A DNA stretch of 64,000 bases from the NCBI GenBank assembly GCA_963841825.1, contig CAWJEL010000010.1:270762-334761 (forward strand), in the 5' to 3' direction. A program made the translations under genes and the position numbers. Below the pieces are notes generated by a model. It was not told the DNA's origin, did no database searches, and was given only the letters and a program-made list of their open reading frames with translations. This DNA is from an uncultured Chloroflexia bacterium (GTDB lineage: Bacteria; Chloroflexota; Anaerolineae; CG2-30-64-16). Below are positions 1 through 9,038 of this stretch, one piece after another (positions within the stretch are counted from its first letter, which is position 1; the number at the start of each line of letters is the position of its first letter).

Positions 1-1004
1 TCGCCTCAACGTTCTCTGGCGGGGTGGTCGCGGGCAGCGTGCAGCCGGGGCTGAGGATGAAGCGTCCGTGCTGGCCCAATGCCTCGATGGCCCGCCGGCT
101 TTCATCGAGCACCTGATCGGGCGTGCCCAGCGCCATCACGCCGCTCGGATCCACGTTGCCCACCAGCGTGACGTTCTGCGCGGCCGCCCGGCAGCGCGCC
201 ATGTCGGCCTTGTAGTCGAACTCGATCATGGTCGCGCCGGTGGTGGCGATGTCGGCCATGATCGCCGTGGTGTTGCCGCAGATGTGGAGGACCAATCGCA
301 CGCCGTGCGCTGCCAGGTCGGCGGCCAGCCGGACTTCGTAGGGATGCGCGAACTGGCGGTAGATGCGCGGCGAGCAGACATCCGGCCCGGCGGTGGAGTC
401 GCCGATGGCAGTGAAATCCGCGCCGGCCGCGGCCTGGGCCAGGGCGTAGCGCCGCACCTGCTCGAAGCAGTACTCCAGCAGCCGATGCACATCCGCGTGC
501 TGCTCCGGCTGCATCAACGCCACGAAGAAACGGCTCCGGCCCCAGCAGCAGCGCGGCCAGGTCGAACGGCCCCTGATCCGCCTCGCCCTTGACGCAGGCG
601 CGGCCGGCCACGCCGGTCGTCACCCGCCGCGTGGCGTCCAGTAGCTCCGGCAACATGCCATCCCGTTCGGGATCCACCGGCCGGAGCCGCCCCACCTCAG
701 CCAGGCTGCGCAGAGCGGGGCGGACCACGCGTGGCGGCTCGTGCTCGGGATATTCGGCCTCGCAGCCGCACGCCTCGGCCAGCGCCGCGGTGCCGTTCTC
801 GAGGTCGAGCACATCGTAGCCAAAGCGTTCCCAGGCGGCGAGCTGGGCCTCGGCCATACGCGCGCCGCTGCGGCAGAACTCACGCAGGGTCATGCCTGCC
901 AGATAGGCGGTGTTCTGGAAGTTCTGCATGAGCACCGGCACACGGTCCGGCAGTTCGCCGGCAAGGACGCGGGCGACGCGTTCGGGAGAGGTGAGGGGAG
1001 GCAT
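1..1004 (-). CDS. Uroporphyrinogen decarboxylase (URO-D) family protein, MtaA/CmuA-like methyltransferase candidate; 3' end runs off window start; apparent frameshift near 525-545
   Basis: N-terminal translation MPPLTSPERVARVLAGELPDRVPVLMQNFQ... in one minus frame; C-terminal half (AAGADFTAIGDSTAGPDVCSPRIYRQFAHPYEVRLAADLAAHGVRLVLHICGNTTAIM...) read by hand in a second minus frame; HICGNT and DSxAG..SP motifs typical of URO-D/MtaA family. Confidence 0.6.
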
Positions 1005-1178
1005 GCGGTGGCTCCTTTGGTGACGTGATGCGTGATGCGTGATGCGTGAAAGGAATTGTAGCATGGCCGGCGGGAGTCTGGCAACCGCGCTGACTTTGAT
1101 GTTATAATGCCATGCGTTTCGTCACGGCACAGCATCGCATCGGCTTGCTGAACAAACTAACCTGCACCGGAGGAAACC

Positions 1179-1934
1179 ATGCGCAGATTCGAGGGCAAAC
1201 GCGCCATCATCACCGGCGGCGCGAACGGGATCGGCAAAGCAACGGTCGCGCGCTTGGCGAGCGAAGGGGCCACCGTTGTGCTGACGGATGTAGACGCAGC
1301 GGCGGCCGCGGCCGCCGCGCAGCAGATCAGCCGCGAGACCGGCGCAACGATCTATCCCTTCGCCGCCGACGTGTCGGTCAAGGCAGACGACCAGGCGGCC
1401 GTCTATTTTGCATTGGCAAAAATGGGGGGCGTGGACATCCTGGTGAACAACGCCGGGATTTACTACGAAGACCATTTCGAGGACATCACCGAAGCGCGTT
1501 GGGACGCGATCATGAACGTCGATCTGAAAGGCACGTTCCTGATGACCCAGGCAATAGTGCCGCATTTCAAGGAGCAACGCTCTGGGGTCATCGTCAATAT
1601 GGCGTCGACCAACGGGCTTGCAGGCGAGATTTACTACGCTCATTACAACGCGGCCAAGGGCGGCGTTGTAATGCTCACCAAGACGCTGGCGCTGGAGTTG
1701 GGACCGTTCAATATCCGCGTCAACTGCGTCTGCCCCGGCTACATCGTCACCGAAAGCACCGCGGCGATGGACAGCGATGAGTTCGTGAATAACTACATCC
1801 AGCACAAGATCCCGCTGCGGCGCACGGGCAAAGCGGAGGAAGTGGCATCTGTGATCGCCTTCCTCGCCTCGGAGGACGCCTCGTTCGTCCACGGCGACGC
1901 CATCCTGATCGACGGCGGGCAGTTGGCGGATTGA
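1179..1934 (+). CDS. Short-chain dehydrogenase/reductase (SDR) family oxidoreductase
   Basis: TGGANGIG Rossmann motif, NNAG, YNAAKGGV catalytic Y-x3-K; 251 aa. Confidence 0.9.
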   Translation: MRRFEGKRAIITGGANGIGKATVARLASEGATVVLTDVDAAAAAAAAQQISRETGATIYPFAADVSVKADDQAAVYFALAKMGGVDILVNNAGIYYEDHFEDITEARWDAIMNVDLKGTFLMTQAIVPHFKEQRSGVIVNMASTNGLAGEIYYAHYNAAKGGVVMLTKTLALELGPFNIRVNCVCPGYIVTESTAAMDSDEFVNNYIQHKIPLRRTGKAEEVASVIAFLASEDASFVHGDAILIDGGQLAD

Positions 1935-2139
1935 GCCACGCCGGCCGTCTACGGTTGAAACCGTAGTCTGGTACAAGGCAAACCCGTTCAAACGGGTTGA
2001 AGCCGTGAGTATCGTGCGTTTCAACGCACTTTGCGTATCAGACGGTGACACTTGCACCGCACTGCAAGTGCTGGTGTTTCAATCACCGGCCCGAATGCCC
2101 GAGCCTGACCCTTGGTCGCCCCTGGAGGAAAGACTGACG

Positions 2140-3456
2140 ATGACCACACAGACACGCGATGCCATTCTGACGTGGGTCGATGCCCATAGAGCCGAGGTAA
2201 TCGGCCTGGCGCAGGCCCTCGTGCGCATCCCCAGCGAGAACAAACAGCCGCACGGCTCCGAAAAGGCGTGCCAGATGTTCGTAGCCGAGACGCTGCGCGA
2301 CCTTGGCTGCCGGGTCGATGTGTTCACACCGCTCGAAGTCGCGGGCCTGACCGAGCATCCGGCGTACTGGCCGGGGCACGATTACACCGATCGGCCCAAC
2401 GTCGTCGGCGTGATGACATCGCAGCCGGACGGCCCGGTGGGCGGCCCTTCAGGCTTGGCCGCGGGGCGCCGATCGCTCCTATTCACCGGTCACATCGATG
2501 TCGTGCCGACCGTGGGCCAGGGGCAATACGGCTGGTGGGACGGGACGGTCGCAGACGGCAAGCTGTACGGCCGCGGCGCCAACGACATGAAGGGCGGCAT
2601 TGCGGCCTACCTCATGGCCGCGCGCTGCATCCGCGAGGTGGGCGTCGAACTCAAGGGCGATCTGATCCTGGAGACGGTGGTCGACGAGGAGTTCGGCGGC
2701 GCGCACGGGTCGCTCGCTTGCCGCTTGCGCGGCTATAACGCTGATCTCGCCATCCTGCCGGAACCGAACAACATGCTGGTGAGCACGGCCCACCGCGGCG
2801 GACAGCAGTTCCGCCTCTTCTGCTACACCGAAGGGGCGGGCATGGATTTCGGCGCCACGGTCTTTCGCGACCCGGTGACCGCGCTCGGCCACCTGCTGGC
2901 CGCGCTGGACCGCTATAACGAGGAACGCCAGCCGCGCCTTCGCGGCAGGGGATTCGAGAACGACGTCTTCCCGCTGATGCCGTTCGTGCTGCGGGCCGGC
3001 GAGCTGCTGCCCTGGGGCACGGGCGAGGCGATCCCAGAGGCCGCCTGGGTCGAGTTTTGGATCGAGATTCCGCCGGGCGTGACCGAGGCGCAGCTCAAAT
3101 CGGAGTTATACGAGGTGGTTGAGCGCACGACCGCGGTCACACCGGCCTTGCAACGGGTGGCCGTCCGGTGGGAGGAGCGCACCCGCTTCCTGGCGGGCAG
3201 CCGCATGCCCGACGACCATCCCGCCCTGGCGGCGCTGACGAGCAACCTCGCCGCGGTGACCGGCCAGCCGCCCGCATACGGCCCGGCGCCTTTCGCCTGC
3301 GACGGCTTCATCTTTAATCTGCACAGCCCCACGCCCGTGGTGGTGCTGGGCCCGCGCGGCGGCAACGCGCACGCGCCGGACGAGTGGGTGGACGTGGACG
3401 ACCTGGTCGCCCTGACGAAGACGTACGCGCTGACGATTGCGAACTGGTTGACGTGA
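2140..3456 (+). CDS. M20 family metallopeptidase / ArgE-DapE-like deacylase
   Basis: ORF 2005..3456; likely start MTTQTRD at 2140 preceded by GGAGGA; motifs FTGHIDVVP, GRGANDMKGG, VDEEFGGAHG typical of M20 family. Confidence 0.8.
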   Translation: MTTQTRDAILTWVDAHRAEVIGLAQALVRIPSENKQPHGSEKACQMFVAETLRDLGCRVDVFTPLEVAGLTEHPAYWPGHDYTDRPNVVGVMTSQPDGPVGGPSGLAAGRRSLLFTGHIDVVPTVGQGQYGWWDGTVADGKLYGRGANDMKGGIAAYLMAARCIREVGVELKGDLILETVVDEEFGGAHGSLACRLRGYNADLAILPEPNNMLVSTAHRGGQQFRLFCYTEGAGMDFGATVFRDPVTALGHLLAALDRYNEERQPRLRGRGFENDVFPLMPFVLRAGELLPWGTGEAIPEAAWVEFWIEIPPGVTEAQLKSELYEVVERTTAVTPALQRVAVRWEERTRFLAGSRMPDDHPALAALTSNLAAVTGQPPAYGPAPFACDGFIFNLHSPTPVVVLGPRGGNAHAPDEWVDVDDLVALTKTYALTIANWLT

Positions 3457-3630
3457 AGGGCATCCATCGATCCCTTTTCGCCGCGGATTCCCACGGATTC
3501 CCGCAGATCAAAACGAAAAAATGGGACGAATCCGCGTTGATCCGCGTCTATCCGCGGCATCTTCGAGCGTAGAGCGTCCATTCCTGACGCGCGCCAGAGT
3601 CGTCCGTAATTCAGGATAGAGGTATTTCCC

Positions 3631-5109
3631 TCACACGCGCACTTCCAGGTTCGCCAGCGATGCCTCGGCCCTGGCCAACACCGCCTTGACTTCGCGCGAC
3701 TGTTCGTCCGACAGGAAGACTTTGGGCGGCGCAGCCAGGATGCCGCGCACCTTGTCCGCGGCCTGATCCAGCGCGTCACGCGCGCCGGCCGCCTCCCAGG
3801 TGGGCGCGCTCAATCGATTGGCCAGCGGCGAGAAGTAGTATTCATCGCGGAAATGGTTCAGCGTATGATCTTCCATGATGTACGAGTTGCCCGGTCCCAC
3901 GGTACTGATCACATCCGCCGCCAGGGTCTCGTCATCGACCTGCAGGCCGCGCGCCTGGCGAAACATGTGGCCGTACACGTCATCGTCGATCACCACCTGC
4001 TCCAGGCTGACGGTCGCCACACAGGCCAGGGAGCCCGCGCCGCCGTTGACGTTGGCCCCGGCCATCAGCGGCAGATAACCGTTCGCCCACTTCTCCACCG
4101 TGGCCAGCGGATCGGGGGTGCATGCGTCGGTGCAGATGCCGTTGGACGCGGTGGGCAGACCGTAGAAGCGCCCGATCTCGATGCAGGCGGCCGACATCAG
4201 GCCCACCTCGCCCATGCTGATCGAGGCGTTGCCGGTCTTCATATCCAGCGCCATCGGATGCGCGGCGTAGACCACCGCCGCGCCGGGGCGGTGCAGTTGC
4301 AGGATCGTCAACGCGGCCAGGATCTCGGCGTTCATCTGCACGACGTTGCCGGCCAGGGTCACAGGGGCGCTGGCGCCGGCCACCGCCGAGGAGTTGATGC
4401 AGACCGGGATGCCGAGCTCGGCCGAGGCCATGGCGCCCTCGCACTGCCCCCAGCCGTAGACCAGCGGGCTGTTCACCGAGGAGAGCACCATAAGCCGCGG
4501 CAAACGGTCGGGGCTTTGCACGATCTCGGTCAGCCGCGCCAGCCAGCGCATCCCCTCGCCGCTGAAGGTCGAGAACATAAAGGGTTTGTCGGTGTGGTGC
4601 AACATGCGCGCCAGGCAGCGCACCTCCTCGGATTTGGCCGCCTCCTCCTGGTCGTTCAGCGAGCCGGCGAAGTGGAGGTTGGGCATCGCGTGGATCACGC
4701 GCGTCCAGTTGACCACATCCGCTTCGGCCACGGGCCGGCGCTGGGAGGCGCGCGCATCCAGGATCCAGTTCAGCCCGGTAGTCGTGCGCGCATAGCGGGG
4801 GCCGTCCAGATAGAGCCGATAGTCGTGACGCGGATCAGACTGGCTGTACACGGTGACCGCGCGCGGGGCCGCTGCCAGCGCCTGCTCCACGAGCTCCCGC
4901 GGGATGCGTACCACCTGCCGCGCCTCGTCCACCACAGCCCCGTGATCGGCCAGGAGTTGGCGCGCCGGCGGATAGTGCAGGAGGATGCCGGTCTCGGCCA
5001 GCACCCGAAGTGACAATTCGTGGATGCGCTCGACGTCGGCAAGCTCCACGACGCTGAATCGCAGCGGCCCGCCCGCAACCTCAGCGGCAGAATTCGTACT
5101 TCTTTTCAT
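3631..5109 (-). CDS. MttB superfamily methyltransferase (trimethylamine/quaternary-amine:corrinoid methyltransferase family), non-pyrrolysine type
   Basis: 492-aa uninterrupted ORF (no in-frame amber); overall resemblance to MttB/MtgB family (LSLRVLAETGIL, GLPTASNGICTDAC..., C-terminal LANLEV). Confidence 0.8.
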   Translation of the reverse strand: MKRSTNSAAEVAGGPLRFSVVELADVERIHELSLRVLAETGILLHYPPARQLLADHGAVVDEARQVVRIPRELVEQALAAAPRAVTVYSQSDPRHDYRLYLDGPRYARTTTGLNWILDARASQRRPVAEADVVNWTRVIHAMPNLHFAGSLNDQEEAAKSEEVRCLARMLHHTDKPFMFSTFSGEGMRWLARLTEIVQSPDRLPRLMVLSSVNSPLVYGWGQCEGAMASAELGIPVCINSSAVAGASAPVTLAGNVVQMNAEILAALTILQLHRPGAAVVYAAHPMALDMKTGNASISMGEVGLMSAACIEIGRFYGLPTASNGICTDACTPDPLATVEKWANGYLPLMAGANVNGGAGSLACVATVSLEQVVIDDDVYGHMFRQARGLQVDDETLAADVISTVGPGNSYIMEDHTLNHFRDEYYFSPLANRLSAPTWEAAGARDALDQAADKVRGILAAPPKVFLSDEQSREVKAVLARAEASLANLEVRV

Positions 5110-5207
5110 CTTGTTTCTCCCTCGGAACCCGAACTTGGATTTACTGACCGTCGGGGGTAGAATGGCGCATCGGCAATCACTCTATCGCGCTGTTATGGAG
5201 GAATCGT

Positions 5208-6134
5208 ATGCGACCTTTGAGCAAAGTAGCTCCAGACTGGTGGGATTATACCACCCTCAACCGGGAAATCCTGGACGATGCTGCTCGCCTCACCGCGGAT
5301 GACCTGCTCGGGCTGTCACGGCCCGGCTTCAAAGTCGTGTTCTACGACACGCTGGACGACTTCTACCTGGCCGAGGCGTTGGAATACATCACCGCCTGGC
5401 GACAGGCGACGCCGGACGCGCCGGCCGGCATCTGCGGGCCGATCGGGCCGACCGAGCAGCTTCCCCTGGTGGCCCGGCTGGTCAACGAGCTGGAGCTCGA
5501 TCTGCGCCACGCCCACTTCTGGGGCATGGACGAGTGGGTCATCGACGGCAAAGAAGCCCCGGTCGAGCACCCGTTGAGCTTCCGGCGGGCAGACATGGAG
5601 CTCTGCTTCAACCGGATCCGCCCCGATCTGCGGATGCCGGAGGCGAACCTGCACTTCCCGGCCGCCGACCTGACGGAGTACAAGGAGAGCTGGAACCGGG
5701 CACGCTGCATGGTCATGCAGGGCGGCCAGGGCGAGGTGAAACACTGGGCGTTCAACGACCCGCCGCGGCGGGCCGGCGCGTACAAGGATACGCCGCCTTC
5801 GCCCGCGGAATTCCGCAAGCTGGAGACCCGCATCGTCGAGCTGCACCCGATGACGCTGATCCAGAACGCCCGCACCTCGGGCGGCGGCGTGGTGCAGAAC
5901 GTGCCCAGCCAGGCGCTCAGCGTCGGCCCGGCCGAGACGTGGAAGGCCGAGAAGGTCTCGATCTGGCAGGCGGGCAACCACGACAACCCGTTCGGCATGC
6001 GCCTGACGACGCTGATGATCGCCAAGCACCTGCCCGACGCCGCGGTGCCCATGTCGCTGCTGGCCGATCACCCGAACGTGCAGTTCAACTTCTACCGGCA
6101 CGGCATCGGGTCGACATCGGCGGAGATGCATTGA
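5208..6134 (+). CDS. Glucosamine-6-phosphate deaminase (NagB)-like family protein
   Basis: 308 aa; segment [15 protein letters not shown]...HFWGMDEWV aligns with NagB GLATGGTPxxxYxxL...TFNLDEYxG. Confidence 0.6.
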   Translation: MRPLSKVAPDWWDYTTLNREILDDAARLTADDLLGLSRPGFKVVFYDTLDDFYLAEALEYITAWRQATPDAPAGICGPIGPTEQLPLVARLVNELELDLRHAHFWGMDEWVIDGKEAPVEHPLSFRRADMELCFNRIRPDLRMPEANLHFPAADLTEYKESWNRARCMVMQGGQGEVKHWAFNDPPRRAGAYKDTPPSPAEFRKLETRIVELHPMTLIQNARTSGGGVVQNVPSQALSVGPAETWKAEKVSIWQAGNHDNPFGMRLTTLMIAKHLPDAAVPMSLLADHPNVQFNFYRHGIGSTSAEMH

Positions 6135-6135
6135 A

Positions 6136-6280
6136 TTTAACCACGGAGACACGGAGGGCACGGAGAACGTCAAAGTAGAAGACTCTGTGCTCTCCGTGCC
6201 TCTGTGGTGAATTCCCCTCGCTACCCCATCCGCTGATCGATCGGTATGAACGGCATGCCCATCTCGCTGATGACCTTCGC
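6136..6280. repeat. Direct repeat copy A: degenerate duplicate of gltA 3' end (last ~19 codons, AKVISEMGMPFIPIDQRMG*) plus its terminator hairpin
   Basis: ccccatccgctgatcgatcggtatgaacggcatgcccatctcgctgatg matches 7618-7666 with two mismatches; hairpin ccacggagacacggag...ctccgtgcctctgtggtg matches 7542-7606. Confidence 0.8.
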
Positions 6281-6383
6281 CTAGCCCATTTCAGCCGAAG
6301 TACGTCCCTCACACAATCCCAAACACCCACTAGCTTGAAAATCCAAAGTTGACATCACGATTTTCAAGGATTATAATCCAGAC

Positions 6384-7535
6384 ATGTTTCTACCACGACC
6401 TACCGTCATTGATCAGATCGCCCGCGCCTTGGCCGTTCATCCGATCGCCGCGCTGTTGGGGCCGCGCCAATGCGGCAAGACCACGGTGGCGAGAATGATC
6501 GGGGAGCGGCAGCCATCCACTTATTTCGACCTGGAGAACCCAGTGGATGTGCGCCGGCTCTCAGCGCCACTGACCGTGCTGGAAGCCTTATCCGGCTTGG
6601 TCATCATAGATGAAGTGCAACGGCAACCGGAACTGTTCGAGTTGCTACGCGTGCTGGTAGACCGTCCGCGCAATTCTGCCCACTTCCTACTGCTTGGTTC
6701 GGCCTCCCCACACCTCGTGCGCGGTGTGTCGGAATCATTGGCTGGTCGCATCGGTTTCGTAGATCTCTCCGGCTTTGACCTGGCAGAAGTTGATCTGTCT
6801 CAGCGTGATCGGCTCTGGCTGCGTGGCGGATTTCCCAGATCATTCCTGGCCGATAATGACTCTGACAGTATGACCTGGCGACAAGGATTTATCCGCACTT
6901 TTTTGGAGCGGGACATTCCCCAACTTGGCATCACCATCCCGGCCGAGACCTTGCGGCGCTTCTGGATGATGGTGGCTCACTACCACGGGCAGGTCTGGAA
7001 CGCGGCCGAGTTCGCCCGTTCGTTGGGTGCATCCGAAGTGACCGCGCGACGCTACCTGGACATTCTCACCGGCGCTTACATGATACGTGTACTCCCGCCC
7101 TGGTTTGAAAACGTCAGCAAGCGGCAGGTGAAATCGCCCAAAGTCTACATCCGTGACAGCGGCGTCCTGCACGGTTTGCTCCAATTGGGCGCATTGTCAG
7201 ATTTGCAGTCCCATCCCAAACTGGGCTCCTCGTGGGAGGGATTTGCCATTGAACAGATCATCCGCTTACTAAACACACGCGATGCCTACTTCTGGGCAAC
7301 ACATGGTGGTGCCGAACTCGACCTGATGGTGCTCGCAGGCGGCAAGCGCTACGGGTTTGAGATCAAATACGCGGACGCACCCGGAACGAGCCGCTCGATG
7401 CAGGTCGCTTTGCACGATCTCGCCCTAGAACATCTCTGGGTAATCTATCCAGGGCAACACGAATACGCGCTTGCCGACCGGATCACTGCCCTGCCGCTGG
7501 ACGCGCTGCCCAGCTTGAAGGCACAGCTTCACTGA
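6384..7535 (+). CDS. AAA+ ATPase, DUF4143-type (COG1373-like)
   Basis: P-loop GPRQCGKTT, Walker B IIDEVQ, 383 aa architecture typical of DUF4143 ATPases. Confidence 0.8.
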   Translation: MFLPRPTVIDQIARALAVHPIAALLGPRQCGKTTVARMIGERQPSTYFDLENPVDVRRLSAPLTVLEALSGLVIIDEVQRQPELFELLRVLVDRPRNSAHFLLLGSASPHLVRGVSESLAGRIGFVDLSGFDLAEVDLSQRDRLWLRGGFPRSFLADNDSDSMTWRQGFIRTFLERDIPQLGITIPAETLRRFWMMVAHYHGQVWNAAEFARSLGASEVTARRYLDILTGAYMIRVLPPWFENVSKRQVKSPKVYIRDSGVLHGLLQLGALSDLQSHPKLGSSWEGFAIEQIIRLLNTRDAYFWATHGGAELDLMVLAGGKRYGFEIKYADAPGTSRSMQVALHDLALEHLWVIYPGQHEYALADRITALPLDALPSLKAQLH

Positions 7536-7680
7536 AGATCACCACAGAGACACGGAGATATTTTTGTCTGGTATCCACCGTGCTCTCCGTGCCTCCGTGG
7601 TAAGAACTCGTCCCCGTTACCCCATCCGCTGATCGATCGGTATGAACGGCGTGCCCATCTCGCCGATGTAGATCGACGTC
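7536..7680. repeat. Direct repeat copy B (authentic gltA 3' end + terminator)
   Basis: See copy A at 6136-6280. Confidence 0.8.
7542..7606 (-). terminator. Stem-loop downstream of gltA (caccacagagacacggag / ctccgtgcctccgtggt)
   Basis: Imperfect ~17-bp inverted repeat immediately 3' of the citrate synthase stop codon. Confidence 0.5.
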
Positions 7681-8765
7681 GGACGGATGAGCCGGTTGTC
7701 GGCGTACTGCTCCAGGATGTGGGCGATCCAGCCGGCGCTGCGCGAGGCGGCGAAGACCGCGGTAAAGTACTCCGGCGGGATGTTCAGCGCATGCTGCACC
7801 GTGGCCGAGTAGAAGTCCACGTTCGGGTAGATCCCCTTCTGTTCCAGCACGATCTGCTCCACCCGCCGCGAGATCTCGTAGAGGTGCCGCTGGTTGCGCG
7901 CTTCGCACAGCAGCTCGGAGTACTTGCGCAGGTGCTGGGCGCGCGGGTCCTCAGTGCGATAGACGCGGTGGCCGAAGCCCATGATGCGTTTTTTGTTCTC
8001 CAACATGCCGGCGATATACTCCTGCACCGTGTTCACGTCGGGAATGGCCAGGATCATCTCCATGACGCGCTGGTTTGCGCCGCCGTGGAGCGGCCCCTTG
8101 AGCGCGGCGAGCGCGCCGGTCAGCGCGCCGTGCATGTCGGCCAGGGTGCTGGTGATGACGCGGGCGGCGAAGGTGCTGGCGTTCAGCTCGTGGTCGGCGT
8201 GCAGCACCATCAACACTTCCATCGCGCTGCGCTCCAGCTTGTTGGGCGGCGTGCCGCGCAGCATGTACAGGAAGTTGGCGGAGACATCATAGTTCGGGTC
8301 GGGCGAGAGCACCGGCAGCCCCGAACGGATGCGATGCAGGTCAGCGATGATGGTCGGCACCTGGGCGACCAGCCGCTTGGCCTTGCGCCAGTTGGCCTCG
8401 CGTGAGTTGTGCTCCGCGTCGGGGTCGAAGTTCGCCAACATGCTGACCGCGGTCCGCAGGACGGCCATCGGGTGGCTGCTGGGCGGGGTGAGCTTGAGCA
8501 TCTCCAGCACCTGGCTGGGCAACCGCATCTCGGCCACCAGCTCAGACTGGAACGCTTCCAGTTCGGCGCGCGTGGGCAGATAGCCGCGCCACAGCAGGAA
8601 GACCGTTTCCTCGAACGTTGCCTGTTCGGCCAGGTCATGGATGTCGTAGCCCTGGTAGAGCAGCCGCCCATGTACGCCATCCACGTAAGAGATGCTGGAC
8701 TCGGCCGCCACGATCCCTTCCAGGCCGCGGGTAAATTCTTTTTGTTCGTCTCTGATATCGTTCAT
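7617..8765 (-). CDS. gltA: Citrate synthase (or 2-methylcitrate synthase)
   Basis: 382 aa; motifs GFGHRVY, HADHELNASTF, C-terminal SAGWIAHILEQ typical of type-I citrate synthases. Confidence 0.93.
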   Translation of the reverse strand: MNDIRDEQKEFTRGLEGIVAAESSISYVDGVHGRLLYQGYDIHDLAEQATFEETVFLLWRGYLPTRAELEAFQSELVAEMRLPSQVLEMLKLTPPSSHPMAVLRTAVSMLANFDPDAEHNSREANWRKAKRLVAQVPTIIADLHRIRSGLPVLSPDPNYDVSANFLYMLRGTPPNKLERSAMEVLMVLHADHELNASTFAARVITSTLADMHGALTGALAALKGPLHGGANQRVMEMILAIPDVNTVQEYIAGMLENKKRIMGFGHRVYRTEDPRAQHLRKYSELLCEARNQRHLYEISRRVEQIVLEQKGIYPNVDFYSATVQHALNIPPEYFTAVFAASRSAGWIAHILEQYADNRLIRPTSIYIGEMGTPFIPIDQRMG

Positions 8766-9038
8766 GATGACCTCGCGTGTAACAAAGATTATCGGAACTA
8801 GCTGTCACGGTTTGTGTGAGCGGGTCGGCCCCAGACCATTCGTTACTGCGTGAAAGCAGCGAAGAATCCCGTTAGTGCGACGTCGAGACCCTTCGCTGGT
8901 GGCTTCCCATGACGCAGCGTACAGGGTTAACCCGCTCAGGGTGACAAGCGCTTCTATTGTCAATAATGTCTAACGTCGAACGAACAGGTTCCCGGCCGTT
9001 TGGCGGCACGAGAGCAAGGGTGGTACCTGAAAACTGTC

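Noticed and set aside
1122-2057. Long antisense or shadow ORFs opposite confidently annotated genes (1122..2057-, 3853..5013+, 9303..10691+, 10999..12219+, 12385..13680+, 15085..16779-, 28302..28997-, 37517..39271-, 48046..49545-, 61178..62788-, 5316..6173-)
   Set aside because: Their products are low-complexity, Arg/Gly/Ala/Pro-rich and non-homologous, and each overlaps a gene with clear family signatures on the other strand. This is the typical GC-rich stop-codon-poor artefact.
3631-5109. Possibility that the MttB homolog is a pyrrolysine (amber read-through) gene
   Set aside because: The 492-aa ORF is uninterrupted with no in-frame TAG, so it belongs to the non-Pyl MttB superfamily.
8766-9038. 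Searched the gltA upstream region and other 5' UTRs (MttB 5110-5207, DegT 13663-13780) for riboswitch-like conserved cores
   Set aside because: No recognisable riboswitch consensus (TPP, cobalamin, SAM, glycine) found by eye. The regions are short or occupied by the palindromic repeat elements.
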